From NCBI GenBank assembly GCA_002841865.1, contig PHBD01000007.1, positions 18,726 to 82,725 on the forward strand: 64,000 nt of DNA, given 5' to 3'. How positions within the stretch are numbered: the stretch's first letter is position 1; each line of letters opens with the position of its first letter. Positions 17,035 through 27,061 of the stretch are shown piece after piece. This stretch comes from Deltaproteobacteria bacterium HGW-Deltaproteobacteria-19 (GTDB lineage Bacteria; Desulfobacterota; Syntrophia; Syntrophales; PHBD01). Both the position numbers and the translations under genes were made by a program. The notes beneath the pieces are model-generated. The model searched no databases and was not told where the DNA came from. It saw nothing but the letters and a program-made list of their open reading frames with translations.

Positions 17035-18252
17035 ATGACGCAGGATCCCATCGACGCAACGTTCCAGAGGAAGCTCCGGCAGGAGATGAAGCAGTGGCAG
17101 GCCGACGGCCTGCTTTCGGAGGAGCAGCGGGAGCGGATCCTGGAGCGCTACCGGCACATCGACGAAATCGAGCGGAAAGCCGGTTCCGGCAGGATGATCC
17201 AGACAATTTCCATCCTCGGGTCCATCCTCGTGGGGGTGGGGGTGCTTCTCTTCATCGCCGCCAACTGGTCTGAGATCCCCCGCTTCGCCAAGCTCGGCAT
17301 CATCTTTGCCGCCCTCCTGGCCAGCCACGGCATCGGCTACTGGATGCGCTACGAGAAGAAAAACTATCCCCGGGTGGGGGCCTCGCTGATCCTGCTGGGG
17401 TCCATCCTCTACGGCGCGGGGATTTTCCTGATCGCCCAGATCTACAACATCACCGTTCATTATCCCAACGGACCGCTCCTGTGGGGCCTGGGGATCCTGC
17501 CCCTGGCATACCTGCTCCGCTTCCGAAGCGTCCTCCTGCTCTCCCTCCTGGCGCTCTCCCTTTGGCTGGGCATGGAGGCGAGCTTCCACGTATCGGATCT
17601 CTTCCAATACGTCCCGGTCATCGTCCTCTACTGGACGGCCGGCATGGCGGTCTGGGTCCTCGGCCTGGCGCACGAGGGGCCGGCCCCGTCCCGGGAACTC
17701 TCCGGACCGTATGTTCTGGTGGGACTCCTGATGACCTACGCAGCCGCGTTTCTTCTGACTTTCGACACCCGCCAGGAAAACCTGGGTACACCGGAGCTGA
17801 TGCCGTTTTACCTGGGGATCCTGGTCCTGCTCGCTGCGGCGGCTGCCGTTACCATCCTGAAGGGCAGCAGGGATGCCGGCTGGAGGGTTGAGCTGGCGGC
17901 GCTCTCCACCCTGACGGTCGGTCTCTGTTTCCTGGCGATGACGTCCCCGGGCGTGGCAACGGGACCGGGATTCCTGTCGCCGCGCCTGCTGTTCAACCTG
18001 CTCTTCGCTGCGGGCATTCTCGGCCTGATCTGTCTTGGCTACATTCGCCGCCGCCCCCTGTACATCAACATCGGCCTCGTGTTTTTCGTCCTGGACGTGG
18101 TGGCGCGATACGTGGATTTCTTCTGGAAGCTCCTGCCGAGGTCGCTCTTCTTTATTGCCGGCGGATGCATCCTGCTGGCCGGCGGCATATACCTGGAGCG
18201 GAAGCGCCGCGCCGTCCTCGAATCGTTCCAGGTCAGGGAGGACCTTCCGTGA
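17035..18252 (+). CDS. DUF2157-type polytopic membrane protein
   Basis: 405 aa. A soluble N-terminus LRQEMKQWQADGLLSEEQRERILERY is followed by about 10 hydrophobic helices. Confidence 0.65.
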   Translation: MTQDPIDATFQRKLRQEMKQWQADGLLSEEQRERILERYRHIDEIERKAGSGRMIQTISILGSILVGVGVLLFIAANWSEIPRFAKLGIIFAALLASHGIGYWMRYEKKNYPRVGASLILLGSILYGAGIFLIAQIYNITVHYPNGPLLWGLGILPLAYLLRFRSVLLLSLLALSLWLGMEASFHVSDLFQYVPVIVLYWTAGMAVWVLGLAHEGPAPSRELSGPYVLVGLLMTYAAAFLLTFDTRQENLGTPELMPFYLGILVLLAAAAAVTILKGSRDAGWRVELAALSTLTVGLCFLAMTSPGVATGPGFLSPRLLFNLLFAAGILGLICLGYIRRRPLYINIGLVFFVLDVVARYVDFFWKLLPRSLFFIAGGCILLAGGIYLERKRRAVLESFQVREDLP

Positions 18253-18977
18253 GACTGAAATTCGCCGTCGTGATCCTTCTGCAGATCCTGCTCCTGATCG
18301 GAATCATCGGCTACCGGGCATACTGGGTTGCGACCGGGGAGCATATCCTCCTGCAGTCGGCCCCCGTCGACCCGCGGGACCTTTTCCGCGGCGACTATGT
18401 GACGCTCGCCTATGACCTGTCGACCATCGACCTCGACCGGGCGGGGATCCGCGGGGACATCCGGCGCAATGACCGGATTTACACCGTTCTGCAAAAGGCG
18501 GGGGATGGAACGTACCGCATGGCGTCTGTCGGCAATACCGTCCCGGTGGGCGGGAAGTTCCTCCAGGGGCGCGTGACCCGCGTGAACGAAAGAGCCACCC
18601 GTTTTGAAGTCACGATCCGGGAGGACGGGGCCGGTGACCGCACCTTCGAGCCGCGCTGGTTTTCGTTCCATGAAGGGGAGCGTGTGATTCTGTGCCTGGA
18701 CCGCGGCGGCCGGGTGCAGGCGTCCCTCCGCGAAAAGGAGGACGCCCGGTGCCGCTCGGGGGAAGCCGTGGCCGGGACGGTGACGGCTGTGAAGAAAATC
18801 TCCTTCCGCCAGGCCGCCGTCGAATACGGCATCGAGCACTTCTTCCTGGAGGAGGGCAAGGGAAAGGCCATGGAAAGGGCCCGCAACGCCCGGGATCTTC
18901 GGGTGGAGGTGGCCCTCCGGGAAGACGGACGGGGACTGATCACGGGCCTGTTCCTCGACGGCCGGCGGATTCCCTAA
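18249..18977 (+). CDS. GDYXXLXY domain protein
   Basis: The GTG at 18249 overlaps the upstream stop (GTGA). An N-terminal TM helix is followed by the literal RGDYVTLAY motif. A second conserved part reads EYGIEHFFLEEGKG. Confidence 0.7.
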   Translation: MRLKFAVVILLQILLLIGIIGYRAYWVATGEHILLQSAPVDPRDLFRGDYVTLAYDLSTIDLDRAGIRGDIRRNDRIYTVLQKAGDGTYRMASVGNTVPVGGKFLQGRVTRVNERATRFEVTIREDGAGDRTFEPRWFSFHEGERVILCLDRGGRVQASLREKEDARCRSGEAVAGTVTAVKKISFRQAAVEYGIEHFFLEEGKGKAMERARNARDLRVEVALREDGRGLITGLFLDGRRIP

Positions 18978-21900
18978 ACCCGGGACGGAGGCCCCTGTTG
19001 CCGCCCGGCGAAGCCCTTGTCCGGTTCCAGCGCCGTCTGCACCGCCCGGGCAAGCGCCTGAAGCGATACGGGCTTCATCACAAAAACCCGGATCCCCAGT
19101 TTTTTCGATTCTTCCTCGGTGATCCTCTCGCTGAAACCGGTGGTCAGGATGATCGGGAGGTCTGGACGGATCTTCAGCATCTCCTGAGCCAGATGGTCGC
19201 CGGTCATGTTCGGCATCGTCATGTCCGTGATCACCAGATCGAAACGGGCCGGGTTCATGCGGAACGCCTCCAGGGCATCCCGGCTGCTCAGCCTTACCGA
19301 TACGTCATACCCGAGGGAGGAAAGCATCTCCTGCCCCAGGGCGGCAAGGGGCTCCTCGTCATCGACCAGGAGAATGCGTCCCTTCCCCTTGGGCGGCGGT
19401 TCGGCATCCCGTCCGGCGCCCGGCTCGTCGGCCTCGATGAGCGGCAGGGAGATCGTGAAGACGGACCCCTTCCCGGGCTCGCTCTCCACGGAGATGGATC
19501 CTCCGTGGTCCTTCACGATGCCGTACACCACGGACAGCCCGAGCCCCGTCCCCTCCCCGGGGACCTTGGTCGTGAAAAACGGATCGAAAATCCTGTTCCG
19601 GACGGAGGCGTCGATCCCCCGGCCCGTGTCGCTGACCGTCAGCATCACGTACGGCCCCTCCTTGAGTTCCGAGTCATAGAACGGATCGTAGACCGTAATC
19701 TCCTTCTGGCTGAGGTTCACCGTCAGAATCCCTTCGCCGTCCCTCATCGCATGGATCGCATTGGTGCAGAGGTTCATGACAACCTGATGAATCTGGGTGG
19801 GGTCCGCGAGAACGATGTCCCGATCGACATTGTAGGCCTGCCGGATCTCGACAGTGGAGGGGCAGGACGACCTCAGCAGCTTCATGGCCTCCTTCACGAT
19901 GGGCGTCACCGTGACGGGCTTTTTTTCCTGCTCCCGCTGGCGGCTGAAGGTGAGGATCTGATTGACCAGGTCCCGGGAGCGGTTGCAGGCCTTCAGGACC
20001 TGGTCCAGGTAGGAGTGGATCTGCGGATCGGCGGCCTTCAGCCGGGCCAGCTCCGTGTACCCCATCATGGCTCCGAGGATGTTGTTGAAATCGTGGGCGA
20101 TGCCGCCGGCTAGCGTACCGATGGCCTCCATTTTCTGGGCCTGGCGGAGCTTGGATTCCAGCTTGACCTCTTCGGTGATGTCCCGCTTCAGAGAGATGAA
20201 TCCGGTGATGCGCCCCGATGAGCTGACGATGGGGCTGATGGTCGCGTCTTCCTGGATGAGCATTCCCTTCTTGTGCCGGTTCGTGATCCGTCCCGTCCAG
20301 ATGCTTCCCCGTTTGATCGTGCCCCAGAGCCGCTCGTAAAAGGCCCTGTCGTGGACGCCGCTCTTGACAAGCCGCGGAGTCCGGCCGATCGCCTCCTGCC
20401 TCGAGTAACCGGTGATCTTCTCGAAGGCCGGGTTGACATACTCGATCACTCCCTCGGGATCCGTGATGATGATCTCCTCCGCGGCCTGCTCGAGGGCCAG
20501 GCTCAGCCGCTGCAGCACCTCCTCGTTGCGCTTGCGCTCCGTCACGTCGCGGATGATGGCCTGAACCAGCTTTTTGCCCTGGAGATCGACGGCATGCAGG
20601 TTGATCTCCGCTTCCAGAACGGAACCATCGCGGCGGACGTGCTGCCATTCATAGAACTGGGGGGTTCCCTCCTGTGCAGCCTTGATCCGTTCTCTCGCGA
20701 CCTCCTCGGACAGCCGGCCGTTCGGCTGGTATAAAGGGGACGCGATGGAGAACGGCTGTCCCATGACCCGCTCCTTCGACTCGATGCCGAACATCTCAAC
20801 GGCCTTCCGGTTACAGTCGATGAAATGCTCCTCGTCCCAGAGAACGATGGCGTCGTTGGCCGACTCGAACAGGACCCGGAACTTCTCCTCGCTGTCTTTC
20901 AGATTCTGCTCGGCGTTTTTCCGTTCCGTGATGTCCAGGAGTGTTCCGATGACGGCGGGCTTCCCCCGGTATGTCGTCCGGGAGCTGTACACCTCGGTGT
21001 GCCTCATTTCCCCGTTTTTTCTCACGACCCTGAAATCGTAGCGGAGGGATTTCAACTCCCCGGAGAGGCGTTTCTCGATCATGCCTTTCACCAAGGGCCG
21101 ATCCCCGGGATGAACGATATCTTCGAACCGCAGCCTGCCCGCGACCTCCCCGGCTTCGTATCCGAAGATGCGGGCGAATTCCGTGTTGGCGTACTGGAAC
21201 ACGTCGTCCTGGATGAGGTAGATGCCGACGATGGACTTCTCGGCAAGGTCCCGGAACTTGCTCTCCGACTCCTGCAGGGCCTCATCCATCCGCTTGCGGC
21301 CGTCGATGTCCGTGTGGGTTCCGATCGCCCGGAGCGGCCTGCCGTCGGGGTTCCGGGACATGACCCGGCCCCGGTCGAGGATCCACTTGTACGAGCCGTC
21401 CCGGCAGCGAAGGCGGTACTCGCAGGTGTAAACCGGTGTCTCGCCCCGGAAGTGCCGCTCCAGCTCCTCATGGGGCCGCGCCCGGTCGTCCGGGTGAAGC
21501 AGCGTTTCCCATTCGTCAAGCGAATCGCCGATCTCATCCTCTCCGAACCCCAGCATGGCCTTCCACTGCCTGGAGAAGAAGACTCGATTCGTCTCGATGT
21601 TCCAGTCCCAGAGGCCGTCGCCCGCCCCCTCGAGGGCGAACTGCCACCGCTCCTCGCTCTCCTGCAGCAGCCGCTGCGAGCGGCGGATCTCGCTGAAGTC
21701 AATGGCGACGCCCCGGATGCCCTGGATGATCCCGTCCTTTTGAATGAAGGATGATGAAACGAACAGGGGGAACTCCTCCCCGTTTTTCCGGACGGCCGTG
21801 TACTCCGACCGTGTCTGGTTCAGTTCGCCTTTCATCGCCCGGGTGACGTTTTCGGAGACCCGCGCGTGGTCCGCCGCTGAGATGATCTTCAGGAAATGGA

Positions 21901-22900
21901 TCCCCCCGGCGAAATCCTTTTCGGTGTAGCCGAACAGGGAGAACCCGAAGCGGTTCATGTAGGTGAAGATGCCCCGTTCGTTCATCTCGAAGATCACCTG
22001 GGGCAGCAGCTCCGCCAGGTCCCGGAATCGGGCCTCGCTCTGCCTCAGCTCGTCCTCCATGCGCCGCCTTTCCGTGACGTCCCGGGCCGTGATCACCATG
22101 CCCTGAATGCCCGGCGACTCGCTCATGTTGCTGCCGACGGCGGCCAGCCAGATCCAGGATCTGTCGGCCTTCCGGATCCGGAACTCCGTGGGAACACCCG
22201 TATTCTCCCTGCGGATCACCTCGGTAAACTCGTTGAAGACCGTCTCCAGGTCTTCCTCATGGATCAGCGGAAAGGGGCTGCCGCCGATGAAATGGCCGGG
22301 TGGATACCCGAGGATCCGGGCCGTCGAGGGCGATTCGAACAATACGTTTCCCCGGGCATCCAGGACGATGATGATGTCCGACACACTGTCCATCACCCTG
22401 TTGAACTGATCCCTGCTCTCGCGAAGGGCATTCTCGATCCGCTTCCGTTCCGTGATGTCCCGGATAAAGGCCAGGGAGGCGTTCTTTCCTTCAAACGTGA
22501 TGTCCATCGCGGACACTTCGCCGCACATCGCGGATCCGTCGGGCATGTTCAGGCGCACTTCATAGATGGAGGGAGCAGCCTTCCCTTCCTGCCGGAGACG
22601 ATGGTATTCCATCACCCGGGGTCGGTCCTCTTCATGGATGAAAGCGCCGAATGACATGTTCCGGAGTTCCTGCCGGTTTCCTCCAAAGAGCTCCAGGAAT
22701 CGGTCGTTGACGTAGGCATATTTCCCATCCTGGGCAATCAGCGTGATGTCATTCGCCTTATCGAGGGCCGTCCGATAAATGCATGAATGCTCCGCATGCG
22801 TTCCCGTTCCGGACAGTTTCTTTTCCAGCTCGGCGAGCCGGCTTTCCTTTTCCTCCAGTTCCCGGAGAAGCTGTTCCTTCGTTTTCTGCCTCGCATTCAT
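18974..22900 (-). CDS. Multi-PAS hybrid sensor histidine kinase with C-terminal receiver
   Basis: 1308 aa. Seven PAS-PAC ends can be counted (DITERKR, DVTERRR, DFSEIRR, TDIDGRKR, LDITERKN, RDVTERKR, RDITEEVK). H-box HDFNNILGAMMGY, HATPase G-boxes DTGRGI and GTGLGLS, and REC RILLVDDE...LVITDMTMP follow. Confidence 0.92.
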   Translation of the reverse strand: MNARQKTKEQLLRELEEKESRLAELEKKLSGTGTHAEHSCIYRTALDKANDITLIAQDGKYAYVNDRFLELFGGNRQELRNMSFGAFIHEEDRPRVMEYHRLRQEGKAAPSIYEVRLNMPDGSAMCGEVSAMDITFEGKNASLAFIRDITERKRIENALRESRDQFNRVMDSVSDIIIVLDARGNVLFESPSTARILGYPPGHFIGGSPFPLIHEEDLETVFNEFTEVIRRENTGVPTEFRIRKADRSWIWLAAVGSNMSESPGIQGMVITARDVTERRRMEDELRQSEARFRDLAELLPQVIFEMNERGIFTYMNRFGFSLFGYTEKDFAGGIHFLKIISAADHARVSENVTRAMKGELNQTRSEYTAVRKNGEEFPLFVSSSFIQKDGIIQGIRGVAIDFSEIRRSQRLLQESEERWQFALEGAGDGLWDWNIETNRVFFSRQWKAMLGFGEDEIGDSLDEWETLLHPDDRARPHEELERHFRGETPVYTCEYRLRCRDGSYKWILDRGRVMSRNPDGRPLRAIGTHTDIDGRKRMDEALQESESKFRDLAEKSIVGIYLIQDDVFQYANTEFARIFGYEAGEVAGRLRFEDIVHPGDRPLVKGMIEKRLSGELKSLRYDFRVVRKNGEMRHTEVYSSRTTYRGKPAVIGTLLDITERKNAEQNLKDSEEKFRVLFESANDAIVLWDEEHFIDCNRKAVEMFGIESKERVMGQPFSIASPLYQPNGRLSEEVARERIKAAQEGTPQFYEWQHVRRDGSVLEAEINLHAVDLQGKKLVQAIIRDVTERKRNEEVLQRLSLALEQAAEEIIITDPEGVIEYVNPAFEKITGYSRQEAIGRTPRLVKSGVHDRAFYERLWGTIKRGSIWTGRITNRHKKGMLIQEDATISPIVSSSGRITGFISLKRDITEEVKLESKLRQAQKMEAIGTLAGGIAHDFNNILGAMMGYTELARLKAADPQIHSYLDQVLKACNRSRDLVNQILTFSRQREQEKKPVTVTPIVKEAMKLLRSSCPSTVEIRQAYNVDRDIVLADPTQIHQVVMNLCTNAIHAMRDGEGILTVNLSQKEITVYDPFYDSELKEGPYVMLTVSDTGRGIDASVRNRIFDPFFTTKVPGEGTGLGLSVVYGIVKDHGGSISVESEPGKGSVFTISLPLIEADEPGAGRDAEPPPKGKGRILLVDDEEPLAALGQEMLSSLGYDVSVRLSSRDALEAFRMNPARFDLVITDMTMPNMTGDHLAQEMLKIRPDLPIILTTGFSERITEEESKKLGIRVFVMKPVSLQALARAVQTALEPDKGFAGRQQGPPSRV

Positions 22901-23228
22901 GGTTCATCTCCCGAAGGGATTGGTGCTGGCCTGCAAATGATAGAACGGGCCGTCCTGTCCGGCTTCCCATTCCCGGGACGGCCTTACATCACGATTCCCG
23001 GGTCGTGAAAACCACGGTCGGCCATTCTGCCAGCATAATAATATCGACACATTCCCTGCGAATCTTTAGGCTGCCCGTTCCGACCGGTCAACGGAAGCTC
23101 CGCTTGTGCAGCCGGCGGGGGATCCAGGCGCTACATAGCCTGGAGCGCGAGCATAATCAATTCGGGATTGTTATTCAAAGGTTGCATCGGTGCCGACGCT
23201 AAAACCGGCGGGGCAGAAGAAGGTTCTT

Positions 23229-23267
23229 CAAAGAAAAGAGGCCGCGCCCTCTGCTGGACACGGCCTC
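23229..23267 (-). terminator. Rho-independent terminator after the thiolase gene
   Basis: Inverted repeat GAGGCCG (23238-23244) / CGGCCTC (23261-23267). On the minus strand it is followed by TTTTCTT. It sits 30 nt downstream of the stop at 23298. Confidence 0.6.
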
Positions 23268-23297
23268 GTTCATCTCATCGGTTCTTCAATTTCCGTT

Positions 23298-24488
23298 TCA
23301 GAGCATCTCGAAGATGCCCGCGGCCCCCATGCCGCCGCCGATGCACATGGAGACGATTCCCCGCCTGGAGCCGCGGCGCTTCATCTCCGCCAGGAGCTGG
23401 GCCGTCAGCTTCGCTCCCGACGCCCCTAAGGGGTGCCCCAGGGCGATGGCGCCGCCATTGGGGTTGACGTCGCCCGCCTTCAACCGGTCCTCGATCCCGA
23501 TCACCCGGAGGCTGTAGATCGCCTGGGAAGCAAAGGCCTCGTTGATCTCGAAGACATCGATATCCTTTGTTTTCAGCCCCGCCTGTTTCAGGACCTTGGG
23601 AACGGCCACGGCCGGGCCGATTCCCATTTCTTCGGGCGGGCATCCCGCCACGGCGAAATTGGTAAGCTTTGCCAGCGGTTTCACGCCGATGGCCTTGGCC
23701 TTCTCCGCCGTCATGACCAGGGCAAAGGCGGCGCCGTCGGTCGTCTGGGACGAGTTGGCCGCTGTGACGGTCCCGCCGTTTTTGAACGGTGACTTCAGCT
23801 TGGCCATGTCGGCCAGGCTGACGGGCCACCGGACGCCGTCGTCGGTGTCGAAGACGAAGGTCTCACGGACCCGCTCCCCGTCTTTCGCGACCTTGTAGCG
23901 GTAGGCCTGGATCGGGATGATCTCGCCCTTGAATTTTCCGGCCTTGATGGCCTCGTAGGCCCGGCGGTTGCTCTCCATGCCGAAGGCGTCCATGTCTTCC
24001 CGGGACACCTTGTAGCGCTCGGCAACGTTTTCCGCCGTCAGGCCCATGGAGATGTAGACCCAGGGGAGATCGGCGGGCCAGTCGAAGTTGGGCCGGAGCA
24101 CGCCCCCGCCCATGGGGATGTGGGACATGGACTCGCAGCCCCCGGCAATGATGACCTCGGCCCATCCGTTGTTGATCCTCGATGTCGCGTCGGCGATGGA
24201 TTGAAGACCCGAGGAGCAGAAGCGGTTGATGGTCATGCCGCATACCGGCTCCGGAAGCCCGGCGCCGACGGCCAGGATTTTCCCCATCTGCATGCCCTGC
24301 TCCCCTTCGGGGAAGGCGCAGCCCACGATCAAGTCGTCCACGTCGGCCGGGTCCAGGGAAGGTACGCGGGCCATCAGGCCCTTGATGACCTGGATGCCGA
24401 ACTCGTCGGCCCTCGTCCCCGCAAGGCCTCCCCTTCTCGAACGCCCGCCGGCGCTCCGGACGGCTTCCACGATAACAGCTTCACCCAT
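23298..24488 (-). CDS. Acetyl-CoA C-acetyltransferase / 3-ketoacyl-CoA thiolase
   Basis: 396 aa with NRFCSSGLQSI (active-site Cys), NPNGGAIALGHPLGASG and CIGGGMG. Confidence 0.93.
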   Translation of the reverse strand: MGEAVIVEAVRSAGGRSRRGGLAGTRADEFGIQVIKGLMARVPSLDPADVDDLIVGCAFPEGEQGMQMGKILAVGAGLPEPVCGMTINRFCSSGLQSIADATSRINNGWAEVIIAGGCESMSHIPMGGGVLRPNFDWPADLPWVYISMGLTAENVAERYKVSREDMDAFGMESNRRAYEAIKAGKFKGEIIPIQAYRYKVAKDGERVRETFVFDTDDGVRWPVSLADMAKLKSPFKNGGTVTAANSSQTTDGAAFALVMTAEKAKAIGVKPLAKLTNFAVAGCPPEEMGIGPAVAVPKVLKQAGLKTKDIDVFEINEAFASQAIYSLRVIGIEDRLKAGDVNPNGGAIALGHPLGASGAKLTAQLLAEMKRRGSRRGIVSMCIGGGMGAAGIFEML

Positions 24489-24552
24489 GATATTCCTCCT
24501 TCATAAGCGGCGGGACGCGCTTCCCTCGAACCGCGCCCCGATCATTGTTGGT

Positions 24553-26973
24553 TTAGTTGCGCAGGGGCTTGCCCGTTGTCAGCATGTGCATGATCCGGTC
24601 CTGGGTCTTGGATTCGCCGCACAGGGAGAGGAACGCCTCCTTCTCCAGGTCCAGAATGTTCTGCTCCGTCACGAACGTCCCCTCGGCGCAGTCGCCGCCG
24701 GAGAGGATGTGGGCGACCTTCTTGGCCACGTGGACGTCGTAGTCGGAGACGTAGTTCCCGTGCCGCATGTTGTAGAGGGCTGCGTTGGCGATCCCGCGCA
24801 GGCTCTCCCCCATGACGGGGATCAGGGCCGGCCGGGGCGGCTTGTAGTACCGGGCCATCCCCAGGATGAGTTCCTTGGCGTCCCAGAGGTGCTGGTCGCG
24901 GTTCAGGCTGATGTTCTCCGTCCTGCGGATGTATCCCAGGTCCATCGCCTCGGCGGCGCTCGTGGAGACCTTCGCCGTGGCAATGTTTTCAAATGCCTTC
25001 GCAAAGAACTGCTGGAGGTTCAGGCCGCCCTCCACGGCGCCCGCGGGGATGCCCTCGGTGAGGCGCAGCGCCGTCTCCTTGCAGCCGCCGCCGGCGGGAA
25101 TGACGCCGACACCGACCTCCACCAGGCCCATGTAGGTCTCGCCGCAGGGCTGGCACCGGGCACCGTGCATCGCGATCTCACACCCGCCGCCCAGGGCCAG
25201 GCCCGCCGGGGCGGTGACCACGGGCTTCGAGAGATACTTCATGCGCATCAGGGCGCTCTGGATGCCCGTGATGGAGTCCTCCACGAAGTCCCAGGCGCCG
25301 CGCTGGATGGCGATCAGGACCTTGAAGACGTTGGCGCCGGCGGAGAAGGCCCGGGGATCGTGGTTGCCCACGACCATGCCGAGGAAGTCCTTCTCGACAA
25401 TGTCACAGCCATCGGTGAGCATGTGGATCATGAGGTCGTCGATGGCGTTCATCTTGCTGTGGAATTCGAGGCAGACGACGCCGTCGCTCATGTCGACGAG
25501 GCTTGCGCTGGCGTTCGAGCGGATGACTTTTTGCCGCTCTTTCAGGGAAGGCAGGAGGATGATCTTCGGGTTTTCCTCAAACTTCACATAGCCCTTCTTG
25601 CCGAAGTCGTAATAGTACAGGCCGTCCTCCTTCTTCAGGTAGAAGGACTCGCAGCCGGCCTTCAGCATCTCCTCGATTTTCTTCGGCACCTTTTTCTTCA
25701 GCTTCTTCATCACCTCGACGGAATCCCGCACGCCGACGGCGTCCCAGGACTCGAAGGGGCCGAGTTTCTGATTGTAGCCCCACTTCATGGCGTTGTCGAT
25801 TTCCAGGACCCGGTCCGCGATCTCGGGAATCCGGTTGGCCGCATAGATGAAGTTGTTGCAGAAGAACTCGCGGACGAATTCCGCCGCGGCGTCCTTGCCG
25901 TTGAAGAGGGCCTTCATCTTGTCGGCAGTGTCGCCCTCCGCCTTGTTGGCCGCGGAGACGGACGCGAAGGAGACCTTGGCGGGGGTGCCGTACTCCAGCG
26001 TCTTCCAGTCGATGACCAGCTTCTGCTTCTTGCCCCGCTCGTCCTTCGTCTTCTTGTACATGCCCTGCCTGGTCTTGTTGCCGAGCCACTTCTTCTCCAT
26101 CATGGCCGTCAGCCAGTCGGGGGGCAGGAACCAGTCCCGCATCTCGTCATCCGGAACGGCCTCGTAGAGGTTCTTCATGACGTGGTGGCCGGTGTCGAGG
26201 CCCACGAGATCCATGGTCCCGAAGATGGCCGTGCCGGGCCGGCCCATGGCCTTGCCGAAGATGGCGTCGATTTCCTCCACCTTCATCCCCTTCTCGATCA
26301 TGAGATGGATGATGTTGGAGATGTCGAACAGGCCGATGCGGTTCCCGATGAAGTTCGGCGTGTCCTTGCAGATGACCACGCCCTTCCCGAGGACGTCCTC
26401 GCAGAAGCGCGTCATGAAATCGACGACTTCCTTCTTCGTCTCCTTGCCGGGGATGATCTCCAGGAGCTTCATGTACCGGGGCGGGTTGAAGAAGTGGGTC
26501 CCCAGGAAGCGCTCCTTCATTTTGGGGCTGAACTTCGCCGTGATGTCCCGGATGGGAATCCCGGAGGTGTTCGTCGAGACGATGCAGTCCGGCTTCAGGT
26601 ATTTCTCGATTTTGGCAAAGAGCTCCTGCTTGATCTTCAGGTTCTCCACGACGACCTCGCAGACCCAGTCGACGTCGGCCAGGAGGCTCAGGTTGTCCTC
26701 CAGGTTTCCGATCCTGATCATGGAGGCATTTTTCTTCGCGAAGAAGGCCGCCGGCTTCGCCTTGGTGACGCCGGCCAGGCCGCCCGCGGCGAAGCGATTC
26801 CGCCAGGCGGGGCTCTTTTCCGTCAGGCCCTTCGCCTTGTCCGCGTCGGTCAGCTCGAAGGGAACGATGTCCAAAAGGACGCACTCGATCCCCGCATTGG
26901 TCAGGTGGGCCGCGATGGTGGCACCCATCACGCCGGCGCCGATAACGGCGGCTTTTTTGATCTGATAGGACAT
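24553..26973 (-). CDS. Bifunctional 3-hydroxyacyl-CoA dehydrogenase / enoyl-CoA hydratase (HAD domain N-terminal)
   Basis: 806 aa. N-terminal KKAAVIGAGVMGATIA NAD-binding and HAD region. The C-terminal part is crotonase-like (PVVTAPAGLALGGGCEIAM). Confidence 0.9.
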   Translation of the reverse strand: MSYQIKKAAVIGAGVMGATIAAHLTNAGIECVLLDIVPFELTDADKAKGLTEKSPAWRNRFAAGGLAGVTKAKPAAFFAKKNASMIRIGNLEDNLSLLADVDWVCEVVVENLKIKQELFAKIEKYLKPDCIVSTNTSGIPIRDITAKFSPKMKERFLGTHFFNPPRYMKLLEIIPGKETKKEVVDFMTRFCEDVLGKGVVICKDTPNFIGNRIGLFDISNIIHLMIEKGMKVEEIDAIFGKAMGRPGTAIFGTMDLVGLDTGHHVMKNLYEAVPDDEMRDWFLPPDWLTAMMEKKWLGNKTRQGMYKKTKDERGKKQKLVIDWKTLEYGTPAKVSFASVSAANKAEGDTADKMKALFNGKDAAAEFVREFFCNNFIYAANRIPEIADRVLEIDNAMKWGYNQKLGPFESWDAVGVRDSVEVMKKLKKKVPKKIEEMLKAGCESFYLKKEDGLYYYDFGKKGYVKFEENPKIILLPSLKERQKVIRSNASASLVDMSDGVVCLEFHSKMNAIDDLMIHMLTDGCDIVEKDFLGMVVGNHDPRAFSAGANVFKVLIAIQRGAWDFVEDSITGIQSALMRMKYLSKPVVTAPAGLALGGGCEIAMHGARCQPCGETYMGLVEVGVGVIPAGGGCKETALRLTEGIPAGAVEGGLNLQQFFAKAFENIATAKVSTSAAEAMDLGYIRRTENISLNRDQHLWDAKELILGMARYYKPPRPALIPVMGESLRGIANAALYNMRHGNYVSDYDVHVAKKVAHILSGGDCAEGTFVTEQNILDLEKEAFLSLCGESKTQDRIMHMLTTGKPLRN

Positions 26974-27061
26974 GTTTTCTCTCCTCTTCTGTTTATCCTC
27001 CGTGCGGCGTCGCCGTATGCCGTTTCAGGTCGCGGCGGCGTCCCGCCAGGGATTGATGTTT

